From positions 35,278,001 to 35,342,000 of the forward strand of contig OZ024753.1 of NCBI GenBank assembly GCA_964016885.1: DNA of 64,000 bases. The letters are read 5' to 3'. Source of the stretch: Eledone cirrhosa (lineage: Eukaryota). A model generated the notes under the pieces. The model ran no database searches. It saw only the letters and a program-made list of their open reading frames with translations, and was not told the DNA's origin. Of the stretch, positions 18,758 to 32,454 are shown one piece after another (the stretch's first letter is position 1; each line of letters opens with the position of its first letter). Both the position numbers and the translations under genes were made by a program.

Positions 18758-19286
18758 TTAAAGAAGATTTCTATCCTTCCAAACAGAGATACTTTGCTTT
18801 TTTCCTTTTCTGAACCTAATATTCCGTTCTTATTTCTCACTGTCAACATATTTCTCATTATATACTCTTCATTCTATCCCTTTCATTCCCTCTTTTCTCC
18901 TCTTTCTTCTTCTCTGACCACTTTTCCATTCATAAGGGGTTGTTTACCAAATTCTCTATGCTATGGTCATTTATAGCAGCTGGCTGTTTTACAGCTATTT
19001 CTGTGTTTGAGTTCCTTACACTTGTATGAAATAACAAACATGTTCAATGCTTCAAATAGATAATTTGATATATTTCATATCATGTTGTTACACCAAGTTA
19101 GAACAGGTATACTGGTTCTAAACTGGAGTAAACAACTAGAAAAGACTAAAAGAGTTGGTCTCGGGAAAGATATTTGGACAAAAAGATTGCCTTAAAATAT
19201 CCAGTCCAACCCATACCAGCATGGAAAAGTTGACATGAAAAAGTTAGTGATATTATAACAAGACCGACCACTTAGCCATAATAAAG

Positions 19287-19325
<39 letters not shown>

Positions 19326-19342
19326 GCCTTCTGTGAAGGCAC

Positions 19343-19376
<34 letters not shown>

Positions 19377-19385
19377 GCCTTCTGT

Positions 19386-19505
19386 GGAGGCACGTGGCTG
19401 AGTGCTTAGAGAATTGGATTCACAATCGTAAGGTTGTGAGTTTGATTCCTGGACTGGGCAATGCATTATGTCCTTGAGCAAGATACTTTATTTCACGTTG
19501 CTCCT
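19386..19505 (+). mobile_element. SINE tRNA head plus CORE-like start (3'-truncated)
   Basis: GGCACGTGGCTGAGTGCTTAG..GAGTTTGATTCC..GTCCTTGAGCAAGATACTTT. Confidence 0.8.
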
Positions 19506-19768
19506 TCTACCTGTAGTTGCGACCGATAGATAGTATTAGCAATTGGAAAGACCAACAGAAACATTGTTTCCTTGGTCCAATTTGATGAAAGTCGATCTAC
19601 TGTCGATATATATATATATATATATAGGAAAATGTTTAACCCCGACGCCAGAGCTCAAGCCGTTTCGACGACTATTTCTGGACTAGTAGTCCAGAAATAG
19701 CCGTTGAATACGTTATGGTCCATCTGGTTCCTTACCACACTTTCTTTGTTATATATATATATATATGT

Positions 19769-20081
19769 ATCATCATCATCATCATCATTTTACATCCGCT
19801 TTTCCCTGCTTGCAAGGGTGGGACGGGAACTGATTCTGGCTTGATTTCTACAGCTGGATGCCCTTCCTAACACCAACCTCATTTACAGTGAGTGCTGGGT
19901 GCTTTTTTTCCATGGCACCTACACATCCACTTTACAGTGTGGGCTGGGTGCTTTTTTGCCATGGCACTTCCACGACCACTTAACAGTGGAATGATAGGGA
20001 CCCCAGTCCTATCATCTCATTTCTACAGCTGAGTAAACTTGAGCAATGTGAAATAAATTGTCTTGCTCAAGGAAACAACAC
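19769..20081 (-). mobile_element. SINE family 1 lacking its head, with an internal ~50-bp duplication
   Basis: Tail and core match 8062-8412. The TTTACAGTG..GCTGGGTGCTTTTTT..CATGGCAC segment occurs twice. Confidence 0.88.
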
Positions 20082-20139
20082 ATGATATATATATATCATA
20101 CTACTACAACTACTACTGCTACTACTTCTACTACTGCTG

Positions 20140-20188
<49 letters not shown>

Positions 20189-20367
20189 TAACTCTCTAAG
20201 AGATACAGAAAATGGTGCTGACTGGTGCTGTCCATATCCTGTGAAGGGTATTATCAATTTAAAAACCTTGCAAAGACATTTACTGTTGTTTGTGCCCTTG
20301 TGGCAACATTTGTATGATCTTAACTAGGAACAACTTTTCAATATACAACAACAGCACTACCACTAGA

Positions 20368-20410
<43 letters not shown>

Positions 20411-20649
20411 GGTAGCAGTGGGGTTGTGGTAGTAGTTGTAGTAATGGTGATGGTGGTGATGGTGGTGGTGGTAGTGGTGGTGGTAGCAGTGAGGTTGTGG
20501 TAGTAGTTGTAGTAGTGGTGGTGGTGGTGGTAGTGGCTGTGTTAGTAGTAGTAGCGGTGGTGGTGGTAGTAGTAGTAGTAGCAGGAGTAGTGCAAGAGAC
20601 AATGAGTGTCCCATGTAAAGAGTTTTACATCTTTCTCATTCTCACTTTT

Positions 20650-20895
20650 CACCTGTCTCTCTCTTTCTCACCTATGTCTCTCTCTCTCACCTATGTCCCT
20701 CTCTCCTCTGTCTGTCTGTCTCTCTCTCTCACCTATGTCCCTCTCTCTCACCTATGTCCCTCTCTCTCACCTATGTCCCTCTCTCTCACCTATGTCTCTC
20801 TCTCTCACTTATGTCCCTCTCTCTCACCTATGTATCTCTCTCCCATCTCTGTCCCTCTCTCTCACCTCTGTCCCTCTCCCTCTCACCTCTGTCTC
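20650..20895. repeat. ~19-bp CT-rich minisatellite (CTCTCTCTCACCTATGTCC)
   Basis: About 10 tandem units. Confidence 0.9.
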
Positions 20896-20906
20896 TGTCT
20901 CTCCCC

Positions 20907-20951
<45 letters not shown>

Positions 20952-21420
20952 TCTGTCTCCTCTCTCCTTCTCCCCATCTCCCTATCTATCTCTCTATCTC
21001 TCTGTTAGGTGGCTATTATTTATTTATTTATTTATTTCTAAGTCACATTGAATGTTTGTACATAATGTCACGTACAACATTTATTTATGTAATGGCAATG
21101 TAACCCAAAATATCTAATATGGTAATATGTAACCAGTACTTTAACATCAAGGGCATTAATGCCACACAGAATGTCATTACGTATTCAGTTTTTCCAGAAA
21201 AGTTAGTCTAGCTTTTGGGATACATACTGTCATCTTTTCATTGTATGTATGTTTCTCTTTCTCTTAATTTTGAGTACACTTTTGACCGACCACCTTCCTG
21301 GTGGCAAGGTTGTAAAAAAAAAAGAAATTGTCCTCCCTTGAATCGCAAGAATGTTTTGCAAATTCCGTCTGTGAAATCTTGCATGTATTAATTTTAACTC
21401 TTCTTATTAATTTCTTTCTA

Positions 21421-21505
21421 GGGACTATGTTGAAAAATAAACCCCATTTGGTCATTCCATGAGAGTATCTTAGTCAGCCTATGAACTTTTCAGCCAACCC
21501 TCGTA
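21421..21505 (+). mobile_element. Tc1/mariner 3' end remnant
   Basis: GGGACTATGTTGAAAAATAA (G-D-Y-V-E-K-stop, a typical mariner transposase end), followed by TIR-like GAACTTTTCAGCCAACCCTCG-TA. Confidence 0.6.
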
Positions 21506-21693
21506 TAATCATTTTAAAACAAACAGTTTTATATCATAGAACCAGAAGCAGATTCAGGTGATTTGATATCAAAAAGGTAAAATATATTGTAGATAACAGA
21601 TTTCTTATGAAAGCTCATGAAAAATAAATTGAGAGGCTCAGTGTTTGTCGTGAGTTTGTAGGGTTTTTTTCTTCTTTTAATGGTGTATAATAG

Positions 21694-21930
21694 TTGTTTC
21701 TGCTTTTGGCACAAGGCCAGCAATTACCCCAGTGCATTACTGGTATTTTATTTTATCGACCTCGTAAGGATGAAAGGTAAAGTTAACCTCAGGATTTGAA
21801 CTCAGATCTGCAAAGCATGGCAACTGGCGCTCTACCGATACTGCTAATCCACTGCCTTAATGATGTATAATAATTGTTTCTACTTTAGGCACAAGGCCAG
21901 CATTACTGGTACTTTATTTTATCGACCCCA
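21694..21930 (-). mobile_element. SINE family 2: one full copy plus a partial copy
   Basis: Same consensus as 4283-4465. Confidence 0.85.
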
Positions 21931-22896
21931 TAATGATGTATAATAATATAAGGTAGATTGGCTCTTTCAACACATCTCCCCCACCATCTTCTATCGCATT
22001 CATTATTTTATCCTCCAGGGTCCATGAAACATTTCCATGACACAATGCAATTTCCTTTGCTTTTTACATAATAAAATTATTAAGGACATAGAGCTGTCAA
22101 AACAATTGCATAACAGTATGAAAATATTCCACTTAGCAAAAATATAAATATAAAATACCCTTTAAAAGAATGCAACAAATATAAACATCATGTAAATATA
22201 TATCTAGGTGAACTTCTCTATGTAAGTATTTATGTACATATAAGGCATTGTAATCAACACCACCACCACCATTATCATCACCACCACCACCACCACTGCC
22301 ACCACCACACCACCACCAGTAATACCACCACCACTGCCACCACCACCACCACATGTATATATATGCATGTGATGTGTATGTCTGTGTATTCTTGTATAAG
22401 TGTGTTCTGGAACAGGTTTTTAAACATCTTACTTCCATCGAGCTCTTTACAGGACAATGAAATCAAGATGTTTTTATTTCAATTTCAGTTGAGCTGCTCT
22501 ATTAGAATGAGTTGATGAGCTATTTCTAGCTCTCCCTCCAATTTCTTTACTGTTCACATCACACCAAAAATGCACAGGTATTTGCTTTCATTTGAGCATG
22601 GTGCCATTTGTCAATATTGCAAAGGTGACAAACCAGTTATTAAACTGGTTTCCTAATGGAAAAATTATATCTGATTGTTTCTAGTTAAAAGACATTGCTT
22701 ACTGAAGAGTATCTGGGTCTTGAAATTCACCAATTCTACCTTGTTTATTTTAATCATGGTAATGGGTGGATTTCTTTTTTCTCTGAGATTCGAAACAATT
22801 GTAAAGGAATAGTTTGGTATCACAAATAATGTAATATTCTTATATTCTGATTGGTTTTGTTCCTTGTCATATGTACAGTATTACAATATATAATTA

Positions 22897-23079
22897 ATTG
22901 TTTCTACTTTTGGCACAAGGCCAGCAATTACCCAGTACATTACTGGTACTTTATTTTATCGACCCCGTAAGGATGAAAGGCAAAGTTAACCTCGATTTGA
23001 ACTCAGAATAGCAAGGGGTGTAACTCTATGCGTCAAAGCATGGCGTCCGACCCTCTACCGATACTGCCAATCCACCGCC
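22897..23079 (-). mobile_element. SINE family 2, full length
   Basis: Head GGCGGTGGATTGGCAGTATCGGTAGAG. Flanked by repeated CAATATATAATTAAT (TSD-like). Confidence 0.92.
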
Positions 23080-23225
23080 TGTTTCAATATATAATTAATA
23101 TTGTTTATTATATATTACAATATATAATTAATATTGTTTTCTGTAATATTCTTGTATAAGTGAGTACTGTACCCCCATTGAGCTCTTTACAAAATAGTGA
23201 AATCGAGATGTTTTCATTTTGACGT

Positions 23226-23263
<38 letters not shown>

Positions 23264-23848
23264 TGTATGTATATATATATATATATATATAGATGTATGT
23301 ATGTATGTATGTATATATATATATATATATATAGATATATGTATGTATGTATGTATGTATATATATATATATATATATATAGATATATGTATGTATGTAT
23401 GTATGTATATATATATATATATATATAGATATATGTATGTATATATATAGATGTATGTATGTATATATATATATATATATAGATATATGTATGTATATAT
23501 CTATATATATGTATGTATGTATATATATATATATATAGATATATGTATGTATATATATAGATATATGTATGTATATATATATATAGATATATGTATGTAT
23601 GTATGTATGTATGTATATATATATATAGATATATATGTATGTATGTATATATATATATATAGATATATATGTATGTATGTATATATATATATAGATATAT
23701 ATATGTATATATGTATATATGTATATATGTATATATATAATGTGTGTGTGTATATATATATATTTATATATGGAGAGAGAAACAAAGATGTTGAATATGG
23801 AAGAGAGTGAGAGAGAGAGAGAAGGATGGACAAGAGAACACAAGTTAA

Positions 23849-23889
<41 letters not shown>

Positions 23890-24160
23890 CAATATATTAA
23901 TAAATGGAACCTATATTTATAAAACCATATTTATTTTATTATACATATTTCAAAGGCAACCGAGGCAAATTATGGTACGCTTTCATCAGATAAAATACAG
24001 ATTTGTTTTATAAATAAATATTGACATACCCGGAAAAAAGACAACCTTAACGGTTGGAGCTTCCTGGATAGTGTATTTACTCCACTAAACTGTTGAGTGC
24101 TTTATATCAGTTATAAAAATGTTTAAGCTTGTTGAATCCCAACAAATTAAATATAACCTC

Positions 24161-24210
<50 letters not shown>

Positions 24211-24214
<4 letters not shown>

Positions 24215-24493
24215 CATCATCATCATCGTTTAACGTCCATCTTCCACGCTTGCATGGGTTTGGACGGGAGTTTTCCCACTTGAGGCAAGATTGGTTGTCC
24301 TGTTCGTATAGGACTATCTGGCGGGTTTTCTACGGCTGGATGCCCTTCCTAACACCAACCACGTTTACAGTGTGGACTGGGGGGTTTTTACCGTGTTACC
24401 TACACGGCCACATTACAGCGTGGACTGTGTGTTTTTTTTTTCATGACACCTACACGACCTCATTTATTTCGGACTGGATGTTGTGGTACCAAC
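24211..24493 (-). mobile_element. RTE family B 3'-end fragment, more diverged
   Basis: Aligns with 32455-32738. Confidence 0.85.
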
Positions 24494-24688
24494 ATATATA
24501 TATATACCAGCACCCCACTCTCCAGAGCGTGAAATTAATAAACATTCGTTGTACTGCCTCTTTGTCTTGTCCCTGTTCAAATTTTTCCATTATATATATA
24601 TATATATATATATATATACGTTATTCCGGGTTGAATCGGAGGTAACCACAGTAAGGTACTCAATACATAGCAGAGTATAACAGTTTTA

Positions 24689-24817
24689 ATATAGATGAGA
24701 TTCTACAGGACTAGAACTGTTTCATTCATTAGAAATCATCAGGAATCATCATAAATCATCAGGAATTCCTGATGATTTCTAATGAATGAAACAGTTCTAG
24801 TCCTGTAGAATCTCATC

Positions 24818-24822
<5 letters not shown>
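24689..24822. repeat. Fold-back palindrome carrying a hammerhead-like core
   Basis: Centre GGAA|TTCC (24765/6). The arm reads CTGATGA-TTTC-taat-GAAT-GAAACAGTT. The left arm has a 20-bp extra duplication. Confidence 0.85.
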
Positions 24823-24853
<31 letters not shown>

Positions 24854-24861
24854 GTACCAAC

Positions 24862-24922
<61 letters not shown>

Positions 24923-24926
<4 letters not shown>

Positions 24927-26012
24927 CAACAACATCCTGATTTGCATTGACACACTGCCTTGCAATGTGGAACACCGCACGCCTCTGATCTTCCCGTCGC
25001 AGAACATTGGCAAACCTCCTACTCTCTGCCTCCCTGCGTGCTAAGTACACCTGACGTCTAGCTTCTCTCTTAGTGGCTGTATATTCTTCCCTACTCCCAC
25101 CCTTATTCCAAGCCTTCCATGCTAGTCTTTTGTCTCTAATAGCCTTATCTACACTGCTGTTCCACCACCAGGTCACTCTCTGTCTGGTTGGGGCTCTGCT
25201 CCAGCCACAAGTTTCATCAGTAGCCTTCAGCAAGTTGTCACGTAAGAACTTCCAATGTAGGTCCTGGGTACACAAGAGATGTAGCGGGATAGCAGGCAAA
25301 CTAACAGGTAGGGAGAAATATGTATGCAGTAGATGTACAGGGAAATTAGACAGTAGAAGTCGCACTGATAGACACATTTTTCAAATGCGAGAGGGCGCTA
25401 TAGAAGTGGTGGATAGCTTCCGGTACCTAGGAGATCAGATTAGCATGGGAGGAGGGTGTTCCGAGGCCATAGTATCTAGAATAAGGACGGGTTGGAAGAA
25501 GTTTAGGGAGCTGCTTCCTCTGTTGACGAAGAAGGGTTTCTCCCTGCGTACGAAAGGCCGGTTGTATGATGCCTGTGTGAGGAGCGCGATGCTGCATGGT
25601 AGTGAGACATGGGCAGCTACCGCAGAAGATATGCGACGGCTGGAGAGAAATGAGGCAAGCATGCTCCGTTGGATGTGCAGTGTAAATGTGCGTGAACGAC
25701 CCAGCATAAATGTGTTGAGAGAGAAACTGTGTCTGAGAGGGATAGAATGTAGTGTACGGGAGAGGAGACTGAGGTGGTATGGACATGTGATGCGCATGGA
25801 GGATGACCGATGGGTGAAGAAGTGCCAGGAAATGCCAGTTGAAGGAAGACGTAGTAGAGGTAGACCACGAAAAACATGGGCGGAGGTGGTGAGAACAGAC
25901 CTCAGATCATTGAAGCTCACGGTGGAGATGACGAGGGACCGTGACGAGTGGAGAGATGCTGTGCTGAATAAGACCCGTCCCACCCTTGCAAGCAGGGAAA
26001 AGCGGACGTAAA

Positions 26013-26047
<35 letters not shown>
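24923..26047 (+). mobile_element. RTE-clade LINE family A, 5'-truncated with an inverted 5' segment
   Basis: 25252-26011 (+) is an intact RT C-terminus (WVHKRC, FRYLG, LRWYGHV, GRPRKTW) with a (GAT)n tail. 24923-25254 (-) is the EN-RT linker (TWWWN..KRLAWKAW). TGTGGTACCAACATATA occurs at 24850-24866 and 26051-26067. Confidence 0.95.
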
Positions 26048-26068
26048 ATATGTGGTACCAACATATAG

Positions 26069-26108
<40 letters not shown>

Positions 26109-26389
26109 CAAAAACCAATCCATATATAGCCAACAAGAGTAAACTAAACTAAACAGAGACTTTATTGAAGGATTAATAAAGAAGCCAGTCTGCTGTCTAC
26201 GTCAGAGTGATGTAGACAGCACATCAAATCCATCGATCCACCCCTCTCTCTCTCTCTCTCCCACACACTCCTCCTCCTCCTCCACCTTCTACCTTCCTCC
26301 TTCTGTGTTCTGTGTTCTGTGTTCTGTAACATTCCATCAGTAATATCTGATGGTTCACACTGACTTGGTGTCAATGTGAAACACAGTGA

Positions 26390-26443
26390 TAGAAGTAGAT
26401 AGGTAGGTAGGTAGGTAGAGAGATAGAACAAGAGAGGGATATG

Positions 26444-26474
<31 letters not shown>

Positions 26475-26601
26475 GTAGGTAGATAGGTAGGTAGATAGAT
26501 AGAACAAGAGAGGGATATGTAGATAGAGAGAGAGAGAGAGAGAGAGAAATGTAGATAGAGAGGGATACGGAGAGAGAGAGAGAGAGAGAGAGAGGGATAC
26601 G

Positions 26602-26633
<32 letters not shown>

Positions 26634-26825
26634 TGTAGATAGAGAGATGGAACAAGAGAGGGATACGTAGATAGAGAGATAGAACAAGAGAGGGATAAGT
26701 AGAGAGAGAGAGATATGGATAGAGAGGGATACGTAGAGAGAGAGAGAGATGTAGATAGAGAGGGATACGTAGATAGAGAGAGAGAGAGAGATGTAGATAG
26801 AGAGATAGAACAAGAGAGGGATACG

Positions 26826-26861
<36 letters not shown>

Positions 26862-27148
26862 CGTAGATAGAGAGATAGAACAAGAGAGGGATACGTAGAT
26901 AGAGAGAGAGTGAGAGATATGTGGATAGAGAGATAGATAGAGCAAGAGAGAGAGAGCGCGAGTGGGACAGAGATAGGTAGATAGAGAGATAGATAGGTAG
27001 ATAAAGAGAGATAGATAGAGAGAACGAGTGGGAAGATAGAGAGATAGATAGGTAGAGAAAGAGAGATAGATAGAGAGAGATAGAGAGAGAGAGACAGACA
27101 AGTGCTGAGTTGTCGGCTAAACCCATTTCCCAAAAGAAAGATAGATAT

Positions 27149-27185
<37 letters not shown>

Positions 27186-27650
27186 TTGATATATATATAT
27201 ATAGAGAGAGAGAGAGAAGAGAAAGGGAGAACGAGAGAGAGAGAAAGGAAGAGAGATAAGGAGTGAAGAAGAGAGAGAGACAGGGGGAGATAATAAGTGA
27301 TAAAGAGAGAAAGGAAGAGCGATAGTGAGTGAGGAAGAGAAAGAGACAGGGAGAGATAATAAGTGATAAAGAGAGAGAGGGAGAGAGAGAAAGGAAGAGA
27401 GATAGTGAGTGAGGAAGAGAGAGAGACAGGGAGAGATAATAAGTGATAAAGAGGGAGAGAGAGAAAGGAAGAGAGATAGTGAGTGAGGAAGAGAGAGAGA
27501 CAGGGAGAGATAATAAGTGATAAAGAGAGAGAGGGAGAGAGAGAAAGGAAGAGAGATAGTGAGTGAGGAAGAGAGAGAGACAGGGAGAGATAATAAGTGA
27601 TAAAGAGAGAGAGGGAGAGAGAGAAAGGAAGAGAGGGAGAGACAGGGAGA
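26390..27650. repeat. GA-rich minisatellites (GGGATACGTAGATAGAGA.. units and ~65-75-bp GAGATAATAAGTGATAAAG units)
   Basis: Direct inspection. Confidence 0.9.
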
Positions 27651-27719
27651 GGTGGTGGGAGAAGCTAGAATAATAGTAGTTGGAGTTCCTATGGTTCCAT
27701 CAATTTCTCTAATCCTTCT

Positions 27720-27761
27720 ACACACACATACACACACACACACACACACATACACAGACAC

Positions 27762-27805
<44 letters not shown>

Positions 27806-27885
27806 AGACACACACATACACATACACATACACAGACACACACACATACACAGACACACACATACACATACACATACACAGACAC

Positions 27886-27928
<43 letters not shown>

Positions 27929-28007
27929 TACACACACACACACATACACATACACAGACACACACACACACATACACACACACACACACACATACACAGA
28001 CACACAC

Positions 28008-28048
<41 letters not shown>

Positions 28049-28661
28049 TACACATACACAGACACACACACACACACACATACGCACACACATACAGACA
28101 CACACATACACAGACACACAAACACACACATACAGACACACACATACACATACACAGACACACATACACACACACAGAGACAAACACACACATACAGACA
28201 CAAACACATACACACAAACACAGACACACAAACACACACAGAAACATACACAGAAACACAGACACACACAAACATACACATACACAAACACACAAACACA
28301 AACATGCAAACACACATACACACAGACACACACATACAGACACAAACGCATACACACACAAACATACACACAAACACAGACACACACAAACACAAACACA
28401 TACACATACACAGACACACAAACACATACACACACACATACAAACACACAGACACACACACACACATATATATATATACATATATACATGTTTCATTATT
28501 TGTGGGGGTGGAATTCAAGTATCTGTATGTCTGTGTGTGTGTCTATGTGTGTATGTTTGTGTCTATGTGTGTATGTGTGTGTCTATGTGTGTATGTGTGT
28601 ATGTTTATAATTTACCTGTGTGATTTTGTAGTGAATCGGTGGTGTAGTCTTCTGCATATAC

Positions 28662-28710
<49 letters not shown>

Positions 28711-28731
28711 CACACACACACATACACACAC

Positions 28732-28764
<33 letters not shown>

Positions 28765-28798
28765 TATACACATATATATATATATATATACACACATC

Positions 28799-28848
<50 letters not shown>

Positions 28849-28850
28849 TC

Positions 28851-28902
<52 letters not shown>

Positions 28903-28967
28903 TCCACACACACACACACATATATATATATATACTTGTTATGTGAATATGTAATGTCGAAAGATGT

Positions 28968-29018
<51 letters not shown>

Positions 29019-29060
29019 CAAATATATATGTGTGTATGTGTGTGTGTATATATATGTAAC
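27720..29060. repeat. Degenerate (CA)n and (TA)n tracts
   Basis: Direct inspection. Confidence 0.92.
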
Positions 29061-29439
29061 TGGTTATATGCAGTCGTGCGTGGGGGGGGGGGATGCATTT
29101 GTGTATAGCCGTGTGTGTGTGTGTGTGTTTGTGTGTATACGTGCATGTGATGTGCGATAGAATGGATGATGGATAGACACACAGACATATGTTAATGTAT
29201 TCCAATATAAAGCTGTGTTGCAGAGCTGTGTATACTGCAGTCTAATGTGATACACTGCACTGCACAGCACTGCACTGCACTGCACTGCACTGCACTGCAC
29301 TGCACTGCTATAGAAACAGGGGCAATTTCAGTCGATAGCCATATCACATATATACACAGACATATAGAGAGACACACATATACATACATACATACAGTCA
29401 CAAACACACACACAGATCGCAGACACACACGCATACATA

Positions 29440-30920
29440 CATATACAGTCCCAAGTGTACACATACATACAGACAGATATATATACACACACAGTCCCAA
29501 GTGTACACATACATACAGACACAGTCCCAAGTGTACACATACATACATACAGACAGATATACACACATACACAGTCCCAAGTGTACATACACATACATAC
29601 AGACAGATATACACACATACACAGTCCCAAGCACACACATACATACATACACAGTCCCAAGCACACACATACATACACAGTCCCAAGTGTACACATGCAT
29701 ACATACACAATCCCAAGCACACACATACATACATACACAGTCCCAAGCACACACATACATACAGGCAGATATACACACATACACAGTCCCAAGCACACAC
29801 ATACATACACAGTCCCAAGTGTACACATGCATACATACACAATCCCAAGCACACACATACATACATACACAGTCCCAAGCACACACATACATACATACAC
29901 AGTCCCAAGTGTACACATACATACACAGTCCCAAGCACACACACACATACAGACAGATATACATACACAGTCCCAAGCACACACATACATACACAATCCC
30001 AAGCACACACATACATACATACACAGTCCCAAGCACACACATACATACATACACAGTCCCAAGTGTACACATACATACACAATCCCAAGCACACACACAC
30101 ATACAGACAGATATACATACATACACAGTCCCAAGTGTACACATACATACACAGTCCCAAGCACACACACACATACATACAGACAGATATACATACATAC
30201 ACAGTCCCAAGCACACATACACACATACACAGTCCCAAGCACACACATACATACAGACAGATATACATACATACACAGTCCCAAGCACACACATACATAC
30301 ATACACAGTCCCAAGTGTACACACACATACATACAGACAGATATACATACATACACAGTCCCAAGTGTACACACACATACATACAGACAGATATACATAC
30401 ATACACAGTCCCAAGTGTACACACACATACATACAGACACAGTCCCAAGTGTACACACACATACATACAGACAGATATACACACATACACAGTCCCAAGC
30501 ACACACATACATACAGACAGACATACATACACAGTCCCAAGCACACACATACATACAGACAGATATACACACATACACAGTCCCAAGCACACACATACAC
30601 ACATACACAGTCCCAAGTGTACACATACATACACAGTCCCAAGCACACACATACACACATACACAGTCCCAAGCACACACATACATACAGACAGATACAC
30701 ATACACAGTCCCAAGCACACACATACATACAGACAGATACACATACACAGTCCCAAGCACACACATACATACAGACAGATATATATACACAGTCCCAAGC
30801 ACACACATACATACAGACAGATATACATACATACACAGTCCCAAGCACACACATACATACAGACAGATATACATACATACACAGTCCCAAGGACAAACAT
30901 ACATACACAGTCCAAAGCAC
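29440..30920. repeat. Variable-length minisatellite anchored on ACAGTCCCAAG with CA/CATA spacers
   Basis: About 40 copies of CA(G/A)TCCCAAG at irregular ~27-49 bp spacing. Confidence 0.93.
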
Positions 30921-31084
30921 ACACACACACATACAGACAGATATGCATACATACACACATGCACATACAAACACAAACACAAACGTACAGACATACAAAC
31001 ACAACCACAAACACACATGCACATACATACATATAGACAAACACACACGCACATGAGCAGAATCACAAACACACATACATACAT

Positions 31085-32452
31085 ACTGATGTGTAAACAC
31101 GCACACATAAATACCGACGTGTAAACATACGTACATGCTAACATGTAAACATACACAGATACATAAATATTGATGTGTAAACACACATTCATAGATGCCA
31201 AAATACATGCTAACATGTAAACATACACAGATACATAAATATTGATGTGTAAACACACATTCATAGATACCAACATAGATACTAACATGTAAACATACAC
31301 ACATACATAAATATTGATGTGTAAACACACATTCATAGATACCAACATAGATACTAACATGTAAACATACACAGATACATAAATATTGATGTGTAAACAC
31401 ACATTCATAGATGCCAACATAGATACTAACATGTAAACATACACACATACATAAATATTGATGTGTAAACACACATTCATAGATGCCAACATAGATACTA
31501 ACATGTAAACATACACAGATACATAAATATTGATGTGTAAACACACATTCATAGATACCAACATAGATACTAACATGTAAACATACACACATACATAAAT
31601 ATTGATGTGTAAACACACATTCATAGATACCAACATAGATACTAACATGTAAACATACACACATACATAAATATTGATGTGTAAACACACATTCATAGAT
31701 GCCAACATAGATACTGACATGTAAACATACACAGATACATAAATATTGATGTGTAAACACACATTCATAGATGCCAACATAGATACTGACATGTAAACAT
31801 ACACAGATACATAAATATTGATGTGTAAACACACATTCATAGATGCCAACATAGATACTAACATGTAAACACACACGCATACATAAATATTGATGTGTAA
31901 ACACACATTCATAGATGCCAACATAGATACTAACATGTAAACAGAGACAGATACATAAATATTGATGTGTAAACACACATTCATAGCTGCCAACATACAT
32001 GCTAACATGTAAACATACACAGATACATAAATATTGATGTGTAAACACACATTCATAGCTGCCAACATAGATACTGACATGTAAACATACACACATACAT
32101 AAATATTGATGTGTAAACACACATTCATAGATGCCAACATAGATACTAACATGTAAACATACACAGATACATAAATATTGATGTGTAAACACACATACAA
32201 AGATGCCAACATAGATACTGACATGTAAACATACACACATACATAAATATTGATGTGTAAACACACATTCATAGATGCCAACATAGATACTGACATGTAA
32301 ACATACACACATACATAAATATTGATGTGTAAACACACATTCATAGATGCCAACATAGATACTGACATGTAAACATACACACAAACATAAATATTGATGT
32401 GTAAACACACATACATAGATGCCAACATAGATACTAACATGTAAACTTACAC
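31085..32452. repeat. 72-bp tandem satellite, about 19 copies, resuming at 33511-33594
   Basis: TAACATGTAAAC recurs at 31139, 31211, 31283 and onward. Confidence 0.96.
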
Positions 32453-32454
32453 AC

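Noticed and set aside
14072-20313. Phase-compatible three-exon minus-strand model (~20197-20313, 15827-15892, 14072-14204) ending VPVAVKTSGILSP*
   Set aside because: The splice sites were chosen post hoc and the product resembles no family I recognise. The middle exon overlaps the probable 3'UTR of the R4-like element.
25435-26136. Antisense ORFs over the RTE copies (also 38309-38929, 32994-33407)
   Set aside because: They are shadow frames of the LINE ORF.
26345-26393. Possible hammerhead CTGATGG...GAAACAC
   Set aside because: A9 is substituted, the cleavage triplet and stem I do not fit, and I saw no second copy in the window.
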